Shown here one piece after another: positions 39,083 through 49,720 of a stretch of DNA of 64,000 nt. Each line of letters opens with the position of its first letter. Within the stretch, counting starts at the first letter, position 1. The translations under genes and the position numbers were made by a program. The stretch is from the NCBI RefSeq assembly GCF_002087085.1, contig NZ_MWQY01000010.1, forward strand, positions 62,001 to 126,000. Direction: 5' to 3'. The notes beneath the pieces are model-generated. The model ran no database searches. It was given only the letters and a program-made list of their open reading frames with translations, and was not told where the DNA came from.

Positions 39083-40978
39083 ATGAAATTCCGGCACAAG
39101 CTGCTTTCTCTCATGATGATCTATATAACGGGAATCGTCTTCGTTACCGGGCTGACGGTCTACGGCTGGACGAAAACTTCGGAGATTCAGAACTCCGTCG
39201 CCCTGGGTACAGCTCTGCAGGTCAAGTCCCGGGAAGTACAGAGCCTGATGAAGGATATCGTATTCGATCTGTTCGCCCCCAAGATTTACGGGCAACTGAG
39301 GTCTCTGACCTACTCGCCCCGATCCGCGGTCACCCTGCGCCAGTGGCAGAACGCCGTATTCGAATATAAAAAGATCTTCCGGGAGTTCATGGAAATGAAC
39401 TTTTTCCTGAACAGCGAAGACGAGTTCATCCAGGACCAGTACCTGACCGCCCTGACCATGAACGACCAGGCCATGAACATGCTGACCCGTATGGAGGAAA
39501 TCCTGGTAATAATGCGGGAGGAGTACCGTTCCGCGGAAAATCCCTACAACGAAATGCAGAAGAACGACGCCCTGACCCCCTTTTTCAGGGAGTTCCAGGA
39601 GACATCCTATTACTTCAGCAACAGCTTCGAAGGTTTCATGAACTACTTTATACGGACCCTCGAAGAGGCGGCGGTCAGGTTCAGGACCAGGATGTATCTT
39701 CTTTTCATGGTAATCGACATCGGTATAATTGCGGGCTACCTGCTTCTCAGCCTTTTTCTGGCCCGGGATGTAAACACAAAACTCCTGAAGGTGGAACAGG
39801 CCTTCCGCGCCGTTACCCACGGTGATTTCAGCGCCAGGATGGACATATTCTCCAGGGACGAGTTCGGGGATATGTCCCGGCGTTTTGACATCCTGGTGGA
39901 TGACCTGAAAACCAACGTCAACAGCATTCTGAACCTTACCCGGGATGTGGGGTCTTCCCTTACCCATGCCTCCCAGCTGGAGGATCTGCTCTCCATCTTT
40001 ACCCAGGCCATCGTCCAGGATACCGCCGCGGACGCAGCCCTGGTTATCAGGAATACCGAGAATAACGGGGGAGAAATTTCCGCCGTCGCCGGCAGTAACC
40101 TGGAAAAGGAGGATATGGACAAGCTCCTCAAATTCCTGGAACGGAGGATCATGCGTCCGGGCAGCCATCTGCTGATACAGAATACTCGCACAGAAGAGCA
40201 GCTTCCATCTTCCATCACTTCGCTGCTGGCAGCTCCTCTGGCCCTGGATGATTCCCATTTCGGGGTCATAGTATCGCTGAAAATGGAGCCGGAAGAGAGC
40301 TTCTCCGATCTTGGCGCGACCCGCTTCATGACCTTTGCAGAGTTCGCCTCCCTCACCCTGGACAACCACGTTAAATACCGCGCCCTCATCGAGAACCAGG
40401 AAGCCAGGTTTCAGGCCCTCCAGTCCCAGGTGAAACCCCACTTTCTGTACAACATCCTGAGCGGTATCATCGGGCTCAACCGGCAGGGGGATTCGGAAAG
40501 TCTCGAAAAGACGGTGCTGGCCCTGAAGGAGATGCTGCGCTACATTCAATCCTCATCCCGCTGGGCCTCTCTGGAAGCGGAGTTCGACTGCATTGAGAAA
40601 TACTGCTCCCTGCAGCAGATACGTTTCGGCAGCAGGCTCAACTTCTCCCTGGAGCTTGATCCGGAGGCCAGATACCTACAGGTCCCCCGGCTCCTGCTGC
40701 AGCCTCTTGTGGAGAATGCCGTGCTCCACGGCATAGAACCTCTTGAACGCCCCGGAACCCTGAGCATTCGCGCCCGGGCCCGCCGCCATGGAGGAGAAGA
40801 GGGAGCAATAATCGAAATCATCGACGACGGTGCCGGCTTTGATACCTCCCTGCTGGAGAAGGAGTCGAATATCGGGATTCGGAATGTAATGGGAAGATTG
40901 CACATGACCTGGCCACAATGCCATTTTGAAATCAGCAGTGAACCTGGAAAAGGTACCAGGGTGCTTATTGAAGTATGA
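39083..40978 (+). CDS. YesM/LytS-type sensor histidine kinase (TM-HAMP-GAF-like-His_kinase-HATPase)
   Basis: DEFG HAMP, LQSQVKPHFLYN, LLQPLVENAV.HG, DDGAG, NIGIRNV; start ATG 39083 preferred. Confidence 0.88.
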   Translation: MKFRHKLLSLMMIYITGIVFVTGLTVYGWTKTSEIQNSVALGTALQVKSREVQSLMKDIVFDLFAPKIYGQLRSLTYSPRSAVTLRQWQNAVFEYKKIFREFMEMNFFLNSEDEFIQDQYLTALTMNDQAMNMLTRMEEILVIMREEYRSAENPYNEMQKNDALTPFFREFQETSYYFSNSFEGFMNYFIRTLEEAAVRFRTRMYLLFMVIDIGIIAGYLLLSLFLARDVNTKLLKVEQAFRAVTHGDFSARMDIFSRDEFGDMSRRFDILVDDLKTNVNSILNLTRDVGSSLTHASQLEDLLSIFTQAIVQDTAADAALVIRNTENNGGEISAVAGSNLEKEDMDKLLKFLERRIMRPGSHLLIQNTRTEEQLPSSITSLLAAPLALDDSHFGVIVSLKMEPEESFSDLGATRFMTFAEFASLTLDNHVKYRALIENQEARFQALQSQVKPHFLYNILSGIIGLNRQGDSESLEKTVLALKEMLRYIQSSSRWASLEAEFDCIEKYCSLQQIRFGSRLNFSLELDPEARYLQVPRLLLQPLVENAVLHGIEPLERPGTLSIRARARRHGGEEGAIIEIIDDGAGFDTSLLEKESNIGIRNVMGRLHMTWPQCHFEISSEPGKGTRVLIEV

Positions 40979-41721
40979 AATTACTGATCGCCGACGATGA
41001 ACAGCTGGTTCGCTTTTCCATTCGCGATATCCTGGGCGAAATACCCATCGTCTTTGATATAGCCGAAGTGGGAAGCGGTACCGGGCTGGTGGAACAGGTC
41101 AAAAAATGCGTTCCCGACATAGCCCTGGTGGATATCCGCATGCCCGGCATGAGCGGACTGCAGGCAATAGAACAGCTATCGAGGATTGCATCGAACACGA
41201 AATGGATAATCCTTTCCGGTTATTCGGAATTCGAATACAGCAGAAGCGCTCTGAGGCTGGGAGTCATTGACTATTTGCTGAAGCCGGTGGATCCGGAGGA
41301 ACTGAAGAAAACCCTGGGGCGCGCCCTGGACATAATTGCATCGGAAACCAGAGGAGAACCCGGGGCTCTGGAGCTGGACAGGCATAGAGACCAGCCGCGG
41401 GACATGCCCGAACTCCTGGTGCGGCATGCACAGATTGTGGCAGGCAGGCGTTTCTGCGAAGCCCTGGGTGTTGCCCAGATCGCGGAGGAACTGAAGGTGA
41501 CCCCGAATTATCTGAGCTCCATGTTCAAGAAGTACACCGGGGAGTCCCTGACCAGCTATCTTACCGGTCTGCGCCTGGAAGAGGCCCGCAGGCGTCTCAT
41601 GGAACCCGGAATCTGCGTAAAGGAGGTGGCTGTAAGTCTGGGATACACCAGCAGCCGGCATTTCGCCCGTCTTTTCCGGGAAAAATACGGTCTTTCTCCC
41701 TCGGATTACCAGTTGGGATAA
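40975..41721 (+). CDS. YesN-type response regulator (REC-AraC)
   Basis: IADDE, DIRMPG, YLLKP, YLSSMFKK, VA..LGY....F..LFR. Confidence 0.92.
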   Translation: MKLLIADDEQLVRFSIRDILGEIPIVFDIAEVGSGTGLVEQVKKCVPDIALVDIRMPGMSGLQAIEQLSRIASNTKWIILSGYSEFEYSRSALRLGVIDYLLKPVDPEELKKTLGRALDIIASETRGEPGALELDRHRDQPRDMPELLVRHAQIVAGRRFCEALGVAQIAEELKVTPNYLSSMFKKYTGESLTSYLTGLRLEEARRRLMEPGICVKEVAVSLGYTSSRHFARLFREKYGLSPSDYQLG

Positions 41722-41744
41722 GGGGAGAAAGACCGCAGCCTTTT

Positions 41745-43019
41745 TCAGATGGATGCTGCGTTGGCCAGCAGGTAGTCCTCAGCCTCCCGGCACCAGAGTC
41801 CTCCGGCCCGGGCAGTTATCTCCGCCAGCTTCGCGCACACCGGATCGGTCCTGCCCTTCTCTGCCAGATCGCTGATTGCGGTGAGGGGCATGGAAATACC
41901 GGTGTAGATAAGCTTCTTGCCCCCGGGAATCTCCGGAAGATGCAGGGTAGTATCCACCACCGCATCCAGGCCGCCCACGTGGGTAACCATGGTGGCCGGA
42001 TTGATTCTTCCGGCGGCCATCATTTTCAGGGATTCCTTCAAATCCTCGGTATTGCCGCCGGAGGTTCCCACAACGTGGGTCGCCCCGTAATGGACATTGT
42101 AGAAGTTCATATTCGCCGAGAAGGAGGGGTCCGAGGGACCGGCAAAGAAATTGAGACAGCCGTCTATCCCCAGGAGCGCATCCCCCTGCTCCACCACCGG
42201 CTTGACCGGGGCAAAGACTATCACGTCGTCATAGCCCTTTCCGCCGTTCAGCTGCTTTATGCCGGCAACAGGGTCCTTCATGTCTTTTGTGTTGACATAG
42301 TGAAGCTCGACACCGTTCTTCTTCGCCTCTTCCACGGTGTAAATTGCAGCGGCACGTTCAAGGCGGAAGTCGTCGATGTCAGTCACCACCAGCAGCCGGG
42401 GTTTGCGGTCCCGGTGAATCGCATAATCGATAGCCCCCAGTCCCATGGGTCCCACCCCTGCAAGAAGGGCCATGGAACCGCCCTCTTTAATATCCATCTG
42501 ATGGACATAGGAGCCCTGCCGGGTATGGTACATGGCGTAGAAAGTCCCCACAATGCATGAAACTGGTTCCGCCAGGGACCCGTAAAAGAAGGAATCCCCT
42601 TCATAGGGGAGCAGACAGCCCTGCTCCATGACCTCCCTGGGAATGATTATGTAGGTTGCGTCCCCGCCGATGGTGGTATAGCTGTAGCCGGGGGCGGAAA
42701 GGATTCCCACCGGCCCGTCTTCGTAATTCAATGCAGGCTGGATGGAGAATTTCTGCCCCTCCGTGAACTGCCCCTTCCACCTTGAACCGATCCGGACCAG
42801 TTCCCCGCAGAACTCATGCCCGATCATAACCGGATCGGTGGCGATATTGTCGGGCACCCGCTTATGGCCGCTCCCCTGGCTTGCAGCCTTGTAGCTGGAC
42901 ATGCAGATGGAATCCGACACGACCCTGGCAAGAATCTGATCCTCCGTGATCTCAGGAAGTTCAAACTCCTCGAGCCGAAGGTCCTTTACACCGTACATTC
43001 GTACAGCTTTTGTTTTCAT
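41745..43019 (-). CDS. SorE/YggP-like zinc-binding dehydrogenase (L-sorbose-1-phosphate reductase family)
   Basis: MKTKAVRMYG, SDSICMS, GHEFCG, GPMGLGAIDYA, NFYNVHY, GTSGG, GGKKLIY; start ATG 43019. Confidence 0.88.
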   Translation of the reverse strand: MKTKAVRMYGVKDLRLEEFELPEITEDQILARVVSDSICMSSYKAASQGSGHKRVPDNIATDPVMIGHEFCGELVRIGSRWKGQFTEGQKFSIQPALNYEDGPVGILSAPGYSYTTIGGDATYIIIPREVMEQGCLLPYEGDSFFYGSLAEPVSCIVGTFYAMYHTRQGSYVHQMDIKEGGSMALLAGVGPMGLGAIDYAIHRDRKPRLLVVTDIDDFRLERAAAIYTVEEAKKNGVELHYVNTKDMKDPVAGIKQLNGGKGYDDVIVFAPVKPVVEQGDALLGIDGCLNFFAGPSDPSFSANMNFYNVHYGATHVVGTSGGNTEDLKESLKMMAAGRINPATMVTHVGGLDAVVDTTLHLPEIPGGKKLIYTGISMPLTAISDLAEKGRTDPVCAKLAEITARAGGLWCREAEDYLLANAASI

Positions 43020-43030
43020 AACTTCTCCTC

Positions 43031-43386
43031 TTTTTCGGTCGCCATCGGCATTCCGCCTCCGGCTCCGCTCTGCCTCGTTCAGGACCGGCAAAGCCGCTCC
43101 TTTACTCTTTTTCGGTCGCCGTCGGCATTCCGCCTCCGACTCCGCTCTGCCTCGTTCAGGACCGGCAAAGCCGCTCCTTTACTCTTTTACGGTCGCCATC
43201 GGCATCCTGCCTCCGACTCCCTTTTGCCTCTCGCAAAAGCCCGGGGAACCCGTCCTTCCGCTCTTTTACGGTCGCCATCGGCATTCTGCCTCCGACTCCG
43301 CTCTGCCTCGTTCAGGACCAGCAAAGCCGCTCCTTTTCTCTTTTTTCGGTCGCCGTCGGCAGACTGCCTCCGGCTCCGCTCTGCCT
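43031..43386. repeat. Tandem array of five 77-79-bp REP/BIME-like units
   Basis: CGGTCGCC anchors at 43036, 43113, 43190, 43269 and 43347; fifth unit partial; unit 3 has a different second half. Confidence 0.9.
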
Positions 43387-43395
43387 GTTATCCTT

Positions 43396-44508
43396 CTATT
43401 TCAGCATTACCTGTCCGCCGGTGACGGGCAGGGCCTGGCCGGTTTCGTATTTCTGTTCCACCAGGTAAAATACGGCCTTCAGGACATCGTCGCCTTCGCA
43501 TCCCCGTCCCATGGGGATTTTGGCCTCGTAAAATTTACGTACATCTTCCAGGGTCTTTGCCCCCGGGACTTTCCCGGTATTCAGGTACTGCACAAACAAT
43601 CCTCTATCCGGATCGGACCAGAGGGGTCCGTCGAAAAAGTTGCCCGGACAGATGGAGTTGACCTTGATTTTATCCGCCACCAGTTCCAGGGCAAAACTCT
43701 GGGTAAGTCCTATGCCGCCGAATTTTCCTCCCGCATAGGCTCCGTTGCGGTTAGATCCTTCCAGGCCGGACTTGGAATTGATCTGGATGATATCCGAGAA
43801 GTACCTTCCTTCGGAGGCCTCATTCTGCAGCGCCATAACAGGGGCGGCGTGTTTGACGCAGAGGAAGTATCCGATGTAGTTCACATCCGTCACGAAGCGG
43901 AAATCCCTGAGGCTGAACTCCCGCACCCCGCCGGCCTTTAGAACCCCCGCATTGCTCAGGAACAGGTCGATGCCTCCGAGAGTTTTAACTACCTCAGAGA
44001 TCATCTGTTCCACGGACTCCTCCTCCGCCACGTTGACGGAAACGGCAAAGGCACGGGTTTGTCCGGCTGTCCGGTTCAATTCCGCCGCAAGCTCCCTGGC
44101 CCCCGACAGGTTCATATCCGCAATCACCACCAGCGCCCCGGCTGCAAAGAGCCCCCGCACGAGGGTTTCCCCGAAGCCCTGGGCACCGCCGGTTACGACA
44201 GCGATTTTGCCCGCCACGACATTTTCCCGCCTCGCTTGTGCGGATTCCTGTTTTACTGGAGCCGTTCCCAGATTGTCGGGGTCTTTTCCCATGAAAAAGA
44301 AACCAGTTCCGGGTATTTTTATTACAGGATGAACCTTCCCCTCATCATCAAAGAGTGCTGTCTTCAGTGTCTCCAGTGCATTGTCTGTACGGGGAATATC
44401 AACCACAGGACAGTCTCCGTCAAAGTCTTCACGGAACTGAACCGTCAGTCCCTTCTCCCCGTCGAAGGTCAGGCCCCTGATGGCCGGGCTTACATTCATA
44501 AAATCCAT
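43396..44508 (-). CDS. Sorbitol-6-phosphate 2-dehydrogenase (SrlD)-like SDR with ~95-aa N-terminal extension
   Basis: TGGAQGFG, SNAGV, IIQINSKSG, YAGGKFGGIGLTQS, GRGC, TGGQVM; start ATG 44508 with AGGAG. Confidence 0.85.
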   Translation of the reverse strand: MDFMNVSPAIRGLTFDGEKGLTVQFREDFDGDCPVVDIPRTDNALETLKTALFDDEGKVHPVIKIPGTGFFFMGKDPDNLGTAPVKQESAQARRENVVAGKIAVVTGGAQGFGETLVRGLFAAGALVVIADMNLSGARELAAELNRTAGQTRAFAVSVNVAEEESVEQMISEVVKTLGGIDLFLSNAGVLKAGGVREFSLRDFRFVTDVNYIGYFLCVKHAAPVMALQNEASEGRYFSDIIQINSKSGLEGSNRNGAYAGGKFGGIGLTQSFALELVADKIKVNSICPGNFFDGPLWSDPDRGLFVQYLNTGKVPGAKTLEDVRKFYEAKIPMGRGCEGDDVLKAVFYLVEQKYETGQALPVTGGQVMLK

Positions 44509-44509
44509 T

Positions 44510-45865
44510 TTACTTGTCTCCTGCAGGATATGTTTCGAGCATATCGATAATCGACTCCGGATTGCGGGGGTCCATCCCTCTTCCGTACCCGGCATAGCGC
44601 TCAATTCTTGCTGTGAGAGGGTCCGCCGCCCAGGGATTTCTTTCATTGAAGAGGGAATAACACCTGTCGGCGGAAGCCAGCCGTTCATGGGCCACCAGTG
44701 CCCAGGTGGCCTCGATAAGATGCTCGAAAGCCGGGTCCATTACCTCCGGACAGTTGAAACTCTGCCGGGATGAGTTGATATCCACCCCGCTTATCTCCAT
44801 AAGGCCCGCCCGACGGCACAGGCTGCTGAGACGTTCGAGCTGGACCCTGGTATTCCGGGGCGGCATGTAGGTTACGGCGCAAAAACCGAGACGCCTGAGT
44901 TCGGGAATCAGATCATCAAGATAATCGTCTTCGAACTTCTCCTCCTTCTTGTCTCCCGTGGGAGACTCACCCACATCCCCCAGATAAGCATAGGCCGGTA
45001 TGGCTCCGATGGAGCGGGCGAACTCGACAACCTGCTCTACCGGAAGGCACTCCTTTTCGTCGGGCTGTATAAAAAAACGGGGAAGAAATACGCTTTTCAG
45101 GATACCTAAAAGATCATAGAGATAGTGGGGATTATTCGAATCATTCAGACGTGAGTAGATCTGCCCGGGCAGGGAGATACCGAGCTGCTTGTCCAGAAAG
45201 CTGCAGACCCCCTCGCCCTTTCCTGAAATCCCGCTTATTCGTCCGGCCAGGGCATACAGGATATGCCTCTCCGTCACGCTTCCGCCTTCCGCGGCCCTGC
45301 TTATGGCCAGCACATCGGTATCGAAATCCAGGGGAGGTATACCAGAATCCCGGAGAAGGGAGTTCAGGGCCTCTGTCTGAGCCCTGTTCCGCTGATTACG
45401 CCGCCGGTTAATGGGTGCAAGAAAGGCCTGTGCTTCAGGCAGACCGGGAGAGGGAACCCCGTGAACGGCTATGTAGGCGATATTTGGTGAGTCAGGATTG
45501 TTGATCTTCCGCCCTTCGACGGCGGTTCCGCTCATGCTGACCCTGAGCTCAAAGCCCGCGGTCGTCGCTATCCCCAGGGCTCTGCCTGCTTTGGACATCT
45601 CCGCTGCACCGGCAACGGAGTCATGGTCCATTATTCCCACGGCTGACAGACCTGCCTGCCAGGCCCTGAAGGCGGCGAGACTGGGTGAATAAGGAGAGAA
45701 GGAGTAAAAGGTATGCACATGGTTGTTCACCTCACCCCGGGGCGCCTTATCCGCCTGTATTTTACCCGCCCGGATGAGTTGTCCCATCTCCCCCGCCGCT
45801 TTCAGACGACGGGAAAGATCGGGATCACCCAGAGCATGGCACAGTTCGTCAAAACCGTTGTTCAT
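44510..45865 (-). CDS. PHP-domain protein
   Basis: NNHVHT.YS, IMDHD, GFEL, SGVDIN; start ATG 45865. Confidence 0.8.
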   Translation of the reverse strand: MNNGFDELCHALGDPDLSRRLKAAGEMGQLIRAGKIQADKAPRGEVNNHVHTFYSFSPYSPSLAAFRAWQAGLSAVGIMDHDSVAGAAEMSKAGRALGIATTAGFELRVSMSGTAVEGRKINNPDSPNIAYIAVHGVPSPGLPEAQAFLAPINRRRNQRNRAQTEALNSLLRDSGIPPLDFDTDVLAISRAAEGGSVTERHILYALAGRISGISGKGEGVCSFLDKQLGISLPGQIYSRLNDSNNPHYLYDLLGILKSVFLPRFFIQPDEKECLPVEQVVEFARSIGAIPAYAYLGDVGESPTGDKKEEKFEDDYLDDLIPELRRLGFCAVTYMPPRNTRVQLERLSSLCRRAGLMEISGVDINSSRQSFNCPEVMDPAFEHLIEATWALVAHERLASADRCYSLFNERNPWAADPLTARIERYAGYGRGMDPRNPESIIDMLETYPAGDK

Positions 45866-45866
45866 A

Positions 45867-48323
45867 CTATACGCCCAGCCTGTTCCTCCGGAGGATCTCG
45901 CCGGCGGTTGCGACGGTACGGGGTTGGTGTCCCGCCAGAGGCAGGATTCTCTCATGGATGGCGTCGATGAGCCACTCTTTCTGGGGGAAGAAGAGTTCTT
46001 CCATCTCCGCGGCGGGACTTATCCAGTTGCGGCTCCCCACGATCGCCGGCGGAGCATCCAGGTAGTCGAAGGAGAGGGCCGTCAGGTTGCTCGCAACGGT
46101 ATGCAGGAAGCTTCCCCGCTCGCAGGCATCGCTGGCAAGGAGCAGCTTACCCGTCTTTTTGACAGACTCCACCAGGGGTTCGTAGTTCAGGGGATTGATG
46201 AAGCGCAGGTCCCAGACCTCCACAGAGAGTCCGTACTTCTCTTCCAGCTCCGCCGCCGCTTCCATGGCCGGGTAGAGGGTGGCGCCGATGGTGCAGATGG
46301 TCAGGTCCGTTCCGCTTTTCCGCAGGGCCGGCTCTCCTTCCGTGACCTCGTAGTAGCCCTCGGGAACTCCTTCGGCGACAAACTCTTCGCCGATGCCGTA
46401 GAGCTTCTGGCTTTCGAAAAAGATCACCGGATCGCTGCCCCTCAGGGCCAGGTTCAGCATGCCCTTGGCATCATAGGGAGTGGCGGGGAACATGGCCTTG
46501 AGGCCGGGAATATGGGCCACCAGACTGGTCCAGTCCTGGGAGTGCTGGGCTCCATATTTGGCTCCAACGGAAACCCGCACCGTAAGAGGCATCTTCAGGA
46601 TTCCGGCACTCATGGACTGCCATTTGGCAGCCTGGTTGAATATTTCGTCCCCGGCGCGTCCCATAAAGTCGCAGTACATCAGTTCCACAACGGCTCGTCC
46701 GCCGGCAAGGGCGTATCCTACACCGGAACCGACAATGGCGCCTTCGGAAATGGGGGAGTTGAACAGACGATGGTACGGGAGGGCCTCGGTAAGTCCGCGG
46801 TATACGGCAAAGGCTCCGCCCCAGTCCCGGTTCTCCTCGCCCCAGGCCGCCATGGTGGGGTCGATACTGAAACGGTGCAGCATCGCCTCAAAAAGGGCGT
46901 CCCGGTAGGCAAAGATCTTTGCCGCGGACAAACGCTTGCCGTTCTCGTCGAAACCGTAGCGGCTCTTTCTGGCAAAAGACTGGATACGGGGGTTTTCGTC
47001 ATAGGAGAGCAGCATTTCCGGTTCACGGTCGTCGAACTTCTCGATCTTTTCATCGGAGAACATTACCGATTCGATGAACTGTCCGCCCACCCGGGGACTC
47101 TTTTCCATATCCACCGCGAGCTCCACGATCTGCCTTATCTTCTGTTGGGTCTCCCCGGAAATCGCGTCCAGGTAGCCCTGGTCCGCAGCCCCGTTTTCTA
47201 TGAGATAGGATCCGTAGCCGGCGATACAGTCGTTGGCTTCCCAGAGTTCCACCTCTTCTTTAGTGCGATAGCTGGAGGCATCCGAGGGGCTGTGGCCGGA
47301 AATCCGGTAGGTAATGGTATCCAGCAGTACCGGACCCTTGCCTTCCGTAAGGATCTTCTTTTTCCGTTCAATGGCATCAGCTACGGCCAGGGGATTGTAG
47401 CCGTCCACCCGCTCTGAGTGCATGTTTTCGGGATTAACCCCGGCACCTACCCGGGCCAGGATCTCGTAGCCCATGGTTTCACCGGAGGTCTGGCCGCCCA
47501 TACCGTAGAAGTTGTTGAAGAAATTAATGAGTACGGGAGGGGCTCCGCCGATCTCTTTATCCCAGAGGGTCCGGTACTGGTCCATGGCGGCCATCATCAT
47601 GCCCTCCCACACGGGACCGCAGCCCATGGAAGCATCGCCGATGTTGGCGATTACGATGCCGGATTTGCGGTTGATCCTCTTGAAGAGGGCCGCCCCCACA
47701 CTGATGTCCCCGGAGCCGCCTACAATGGCGTTGTTGGGCATGGAACCGAAGGGGGTAAAAAAGGTGTGCATGGAACCGCCGAGGCCCTTGTTGAAGCCCG
47801 TCTCCTTGGCAAATATCTCCGCCAGGGTACCGTAGAGAACGAATTTTTCAGCCAGTTCACGGACCGATCCGGTATGGCCGGCTTCAACCACCTTCAGGGT
47901 GGCGCCGCCCATAAAGCTCTCCATGATGTTCATGAGCTCCTTTTCCGGCAGCTTATGAACAGCGGAAAAGCACTTGGCGAGAATCTCGCCGTGGCTGCGG
48001 TGGGAACCGAAGAGCTGATCCGCAACATCGAGATTGTAGCACTGTCCCACCGCCGCGGACTCCTGTCCGATGGAAAGGTGGGCCGGACCCTTATGGTTGT
48101 ATTCGATACCCTGGTAGCTGCCCATCTTCTTGATCTGGTCCAGCATGGTCTCGAACTCGCGAATGTAGGCCATGTCGCGGTAGATTGTCTTGAGGCCGTC
48201 CACCCCGTATTTTTTCTTCTCTTTTTCAAAATTCCCTTCGTAGGCGTTTACGGGAATATCCTTGATCTTGATCTTGCCGGGTTTCCGCACCCTGGCAGGA
48301 TCGACCAGTATTGATTTTGGCAT
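45867..48323 (-). CDS. Fused E1 alpha/beta TPP-dependent 2-oxoacid/acetoin dehydrogenase
   Basis: HLSIGQE, HRSHG, GDA..NN TPP motif, [23 protein letters not shown]. Confidence 0.9.
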   Translation of the reverse strand: MPKSILVDPARVRKPGKIKIKDIPVNAYEGNFEKEKKKYGVDGLKTIYRDMAYIREFETMLDQIKKMGSYQGIEYNHKGPAHLSIGQESAAVGQCYNLDVADQLFGSHRSHGEILAKCFSAVHKLPEKELMNIMESFMGGATLKVVEAGHTGSVRELAEKFVLYGTLAEIFAKETGFNKGLGGSMHTFFTPFGSMPNNAIVGGSGDISVGAALFKRINRKSGIVIANIGDASMGCGPVWEGMMMAAMDQYRTLWDKEIGGAPPVLINFFNNFYGMGGQTSGETMGYEILARVGAGVNPENMHSERVDGYNPLAVADAIERKKKILTEGKGPVLLDTITYRISGHSPSDASSYRTKEEVELWEANDCIAGYGSYLIENGAADQGYLDAISGETQQKIRQIVELAVDMEKSPRVGGQFIESVMFSDEKIEKFDDREPEMLLSYDENPRIQSFARKSRYGFDENGKRLSAAKIFAYRDALFEAMLHRFSIDPTMAAWGEENRDWGGAFAVYRGLTEALPYHRLFNSPISEGAIVGSGVGYALAGGRAVVELMYCDFMGRAGDEIFNQAAKWQSMSAGILKMPLTVRVSVGAKYGAQHSQDWTSLVAHIPGLKAMFPATPYDAKGMLNLALRGSDPVIFFESQKLYGIGEEFVAEGVPEGYYEVTEGEPALRKSGTDLTICTIGATLYPAMEAAAELEEKYGLSVEVWDLRFINPLNYEPLVESVKKTGKLLLASDACERGSFLHTVASNLTALSFDYLDAPPAIVGSRNWISPAAEMEELFFPQKEWLIDAIHERILPLAGHQPRTVATAGEILRRNRLGV

Positions 48324-48366
48324 CTGTGCGTCTCCTTACCTGTATTTGTTCTTTCTCTCTATCTCT

Positions 48367-49707
48367 CTATTCTATTTCCCAGACCGCATCCCGGAGGACT
48401 TCCGCCACCGCCGGGTGGGGGAAAATGATCTCCCTGATTTCATCGGTCCTGAGTTCCGCCTCGATCATAGCGGCAGCGGCGGGAATAATCTCCGAAGCCG
48501 TTGCGCCCATAATATGGACACCTAACAGGGTGTTCTTCTTGGCATGCACCAGGACCTTGCACATTCCGGGTTCCCGTTTACCGTGTTCCGCCAGGAAGCG
48601 GCCGTTGGCCCGCATCTGCACGGTGGCGGTCTTTACGGGGATTCCCTTATCAGCGGCTTCCTTTTCGGTAAGCCCGCATCCGGCGGCTTCAGGCAGCGTA
48701 TAAACCGCCCAGGGAATGGCGTGATAGCGCATGCGGTCTTCTTTGCCCAGAATGGTATTCACGGCCACCTCGCCCATACGACTTGCCGAGTGGGCCAGCA
48801 GGGAAGTTCCGGTAACATCGCCGACGGCGAAGACCCCGGGCAGGTTGGTCCGCATCTTTTCATCCACCCTGATTCCCGTCCGGCTTATATCCAGGCCGGC
48901 CTCGGTAAAGCCTTCAAGATTGGGTCTGCGCCCGACGCTCATGAGCACCAGGTCCGCCTCGACGGATTCGGTTTTTCCGGCCTTTTCGTAGTCCACGCCT
49001 TTGGGGGTGATCTTTGTCACCTTCGCGGAGGTGGCAAAGTTAATGCCCTTGAGGGCTTTACGCATGGCCCGGGCAAAGTCCCCGTCCATCAGGGGGAGAA
49101 TCTCATCCATCATCTCGATCACCGTCACCTCGACACCGACGGCGGAAAAGTAGGAGGCGAACTCGACACCGATTACTCCACCGCCGATGACCGCCAGCTT
49201 CCTGGGAAGCGCCTCGATGGAGAGAATTCCCCGGTTGGTGACCACGTTCTTGCCGTCGGCACCGGGAATAGGCGGAACCGCCGCGGAGGATCCGGAAGCG
49301 ATGATGATATTCTTTGCACTGTAGAGAACGTCATTCACCCTGACACTGCGGTCCGGGTTCAGCACCGCGGTACCCTTTACCACCTCGACCTTGTTTTTCT
49401 TCATCAGAAAGGCTATTCCCGCCCGCAGGGTTTCGATGGTCTCCTGTTTCCAGGCCATGGCCGTCTTAAGGTCATATTTGGCACCGGAAACAGTGACTCC
49501 GAAGCGTTCGGATTCCCTGGCGTGGACGTAGTGCTTGGCTCCCGCCAGGAGACTCTTGGTGGGGATACAGCCCCAGTTGGTGCATTCTCCCCCCATCTCC
49601 TCTTTTTCTATCAGCAGGACCTTTTTCCCTGCCCCGCCGGCCCGTTCGGCGGCAATGTAGCCTCCGGGACCGGCACCAATAACGATCAGATCAAACTCGC
49701 TGCTCAT
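48367..49707 (-). CDS. lpdA: Dihydrolipoamide dehydrogenase (E3)
   Basis: GAGPGGY, GGECTNWGCIP, GGGVIG.E, HPAVAE. Confidence 0.93.
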   Translation of the reverse strand: MSSEFDLIVIGAGPGGYIAAERAGGAGKKVLLIEKEEMGGECTNWGCIPTKSLLAGAKHYVHARESERFGVTVSGAKYDLKTAMAWKQETIETLRAGIAFLMKKNKVEVVKGTAVLNPDRSVRVNDVLYSAKNIIIASGSSAAVPPIPGADGKNVVTNRGILSIEALPRKLAVIGGGVIGVEFASYFSAVGVEVTVIEMMDEILPLMDGDFARAMRKALKGINFATSAKVTKITPKGVDYEKAGKTESVEADLVLMSVGRRPNLEGFTEAGLDISRTGIRVDEKMRTNLPGVFAVGDVTGTSLLAHSASRMGEVAVNTILGKEDRMRYHAIPWAVYTLPEAAGCGLTEKEAADKGIPVKTATVQMRANGRFLAEHGKREPGMCKVLVHAKKNTLLGVHIMGATASEIIPAAAAMIEAELRTDEIREIIFPHPAVAEVLRDAVWEIE

Positions 49708-49720
49708 TGTCTAACTCCTT

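Noticed and set aside
43031..43386. CRISPR array
   Set aside because: The 'spacers' of units 1, 2 and 4 are near-identical, the repeats vary, and there is no leader or cas gene in the window
42816..43941. Plus-strand ORFs with a repeated RSPSAFRLRLRSASFRTGK peptide
   Set aside because: Translation of the DNA repeat, antisense to two well-supported genes
45723..47417. 564-aa plus-strand ORF (likewise 39008-40549, 48544-49878 and 58116-59327)
   Set aside because: Antisense shadows caused by codon bias of the real genes
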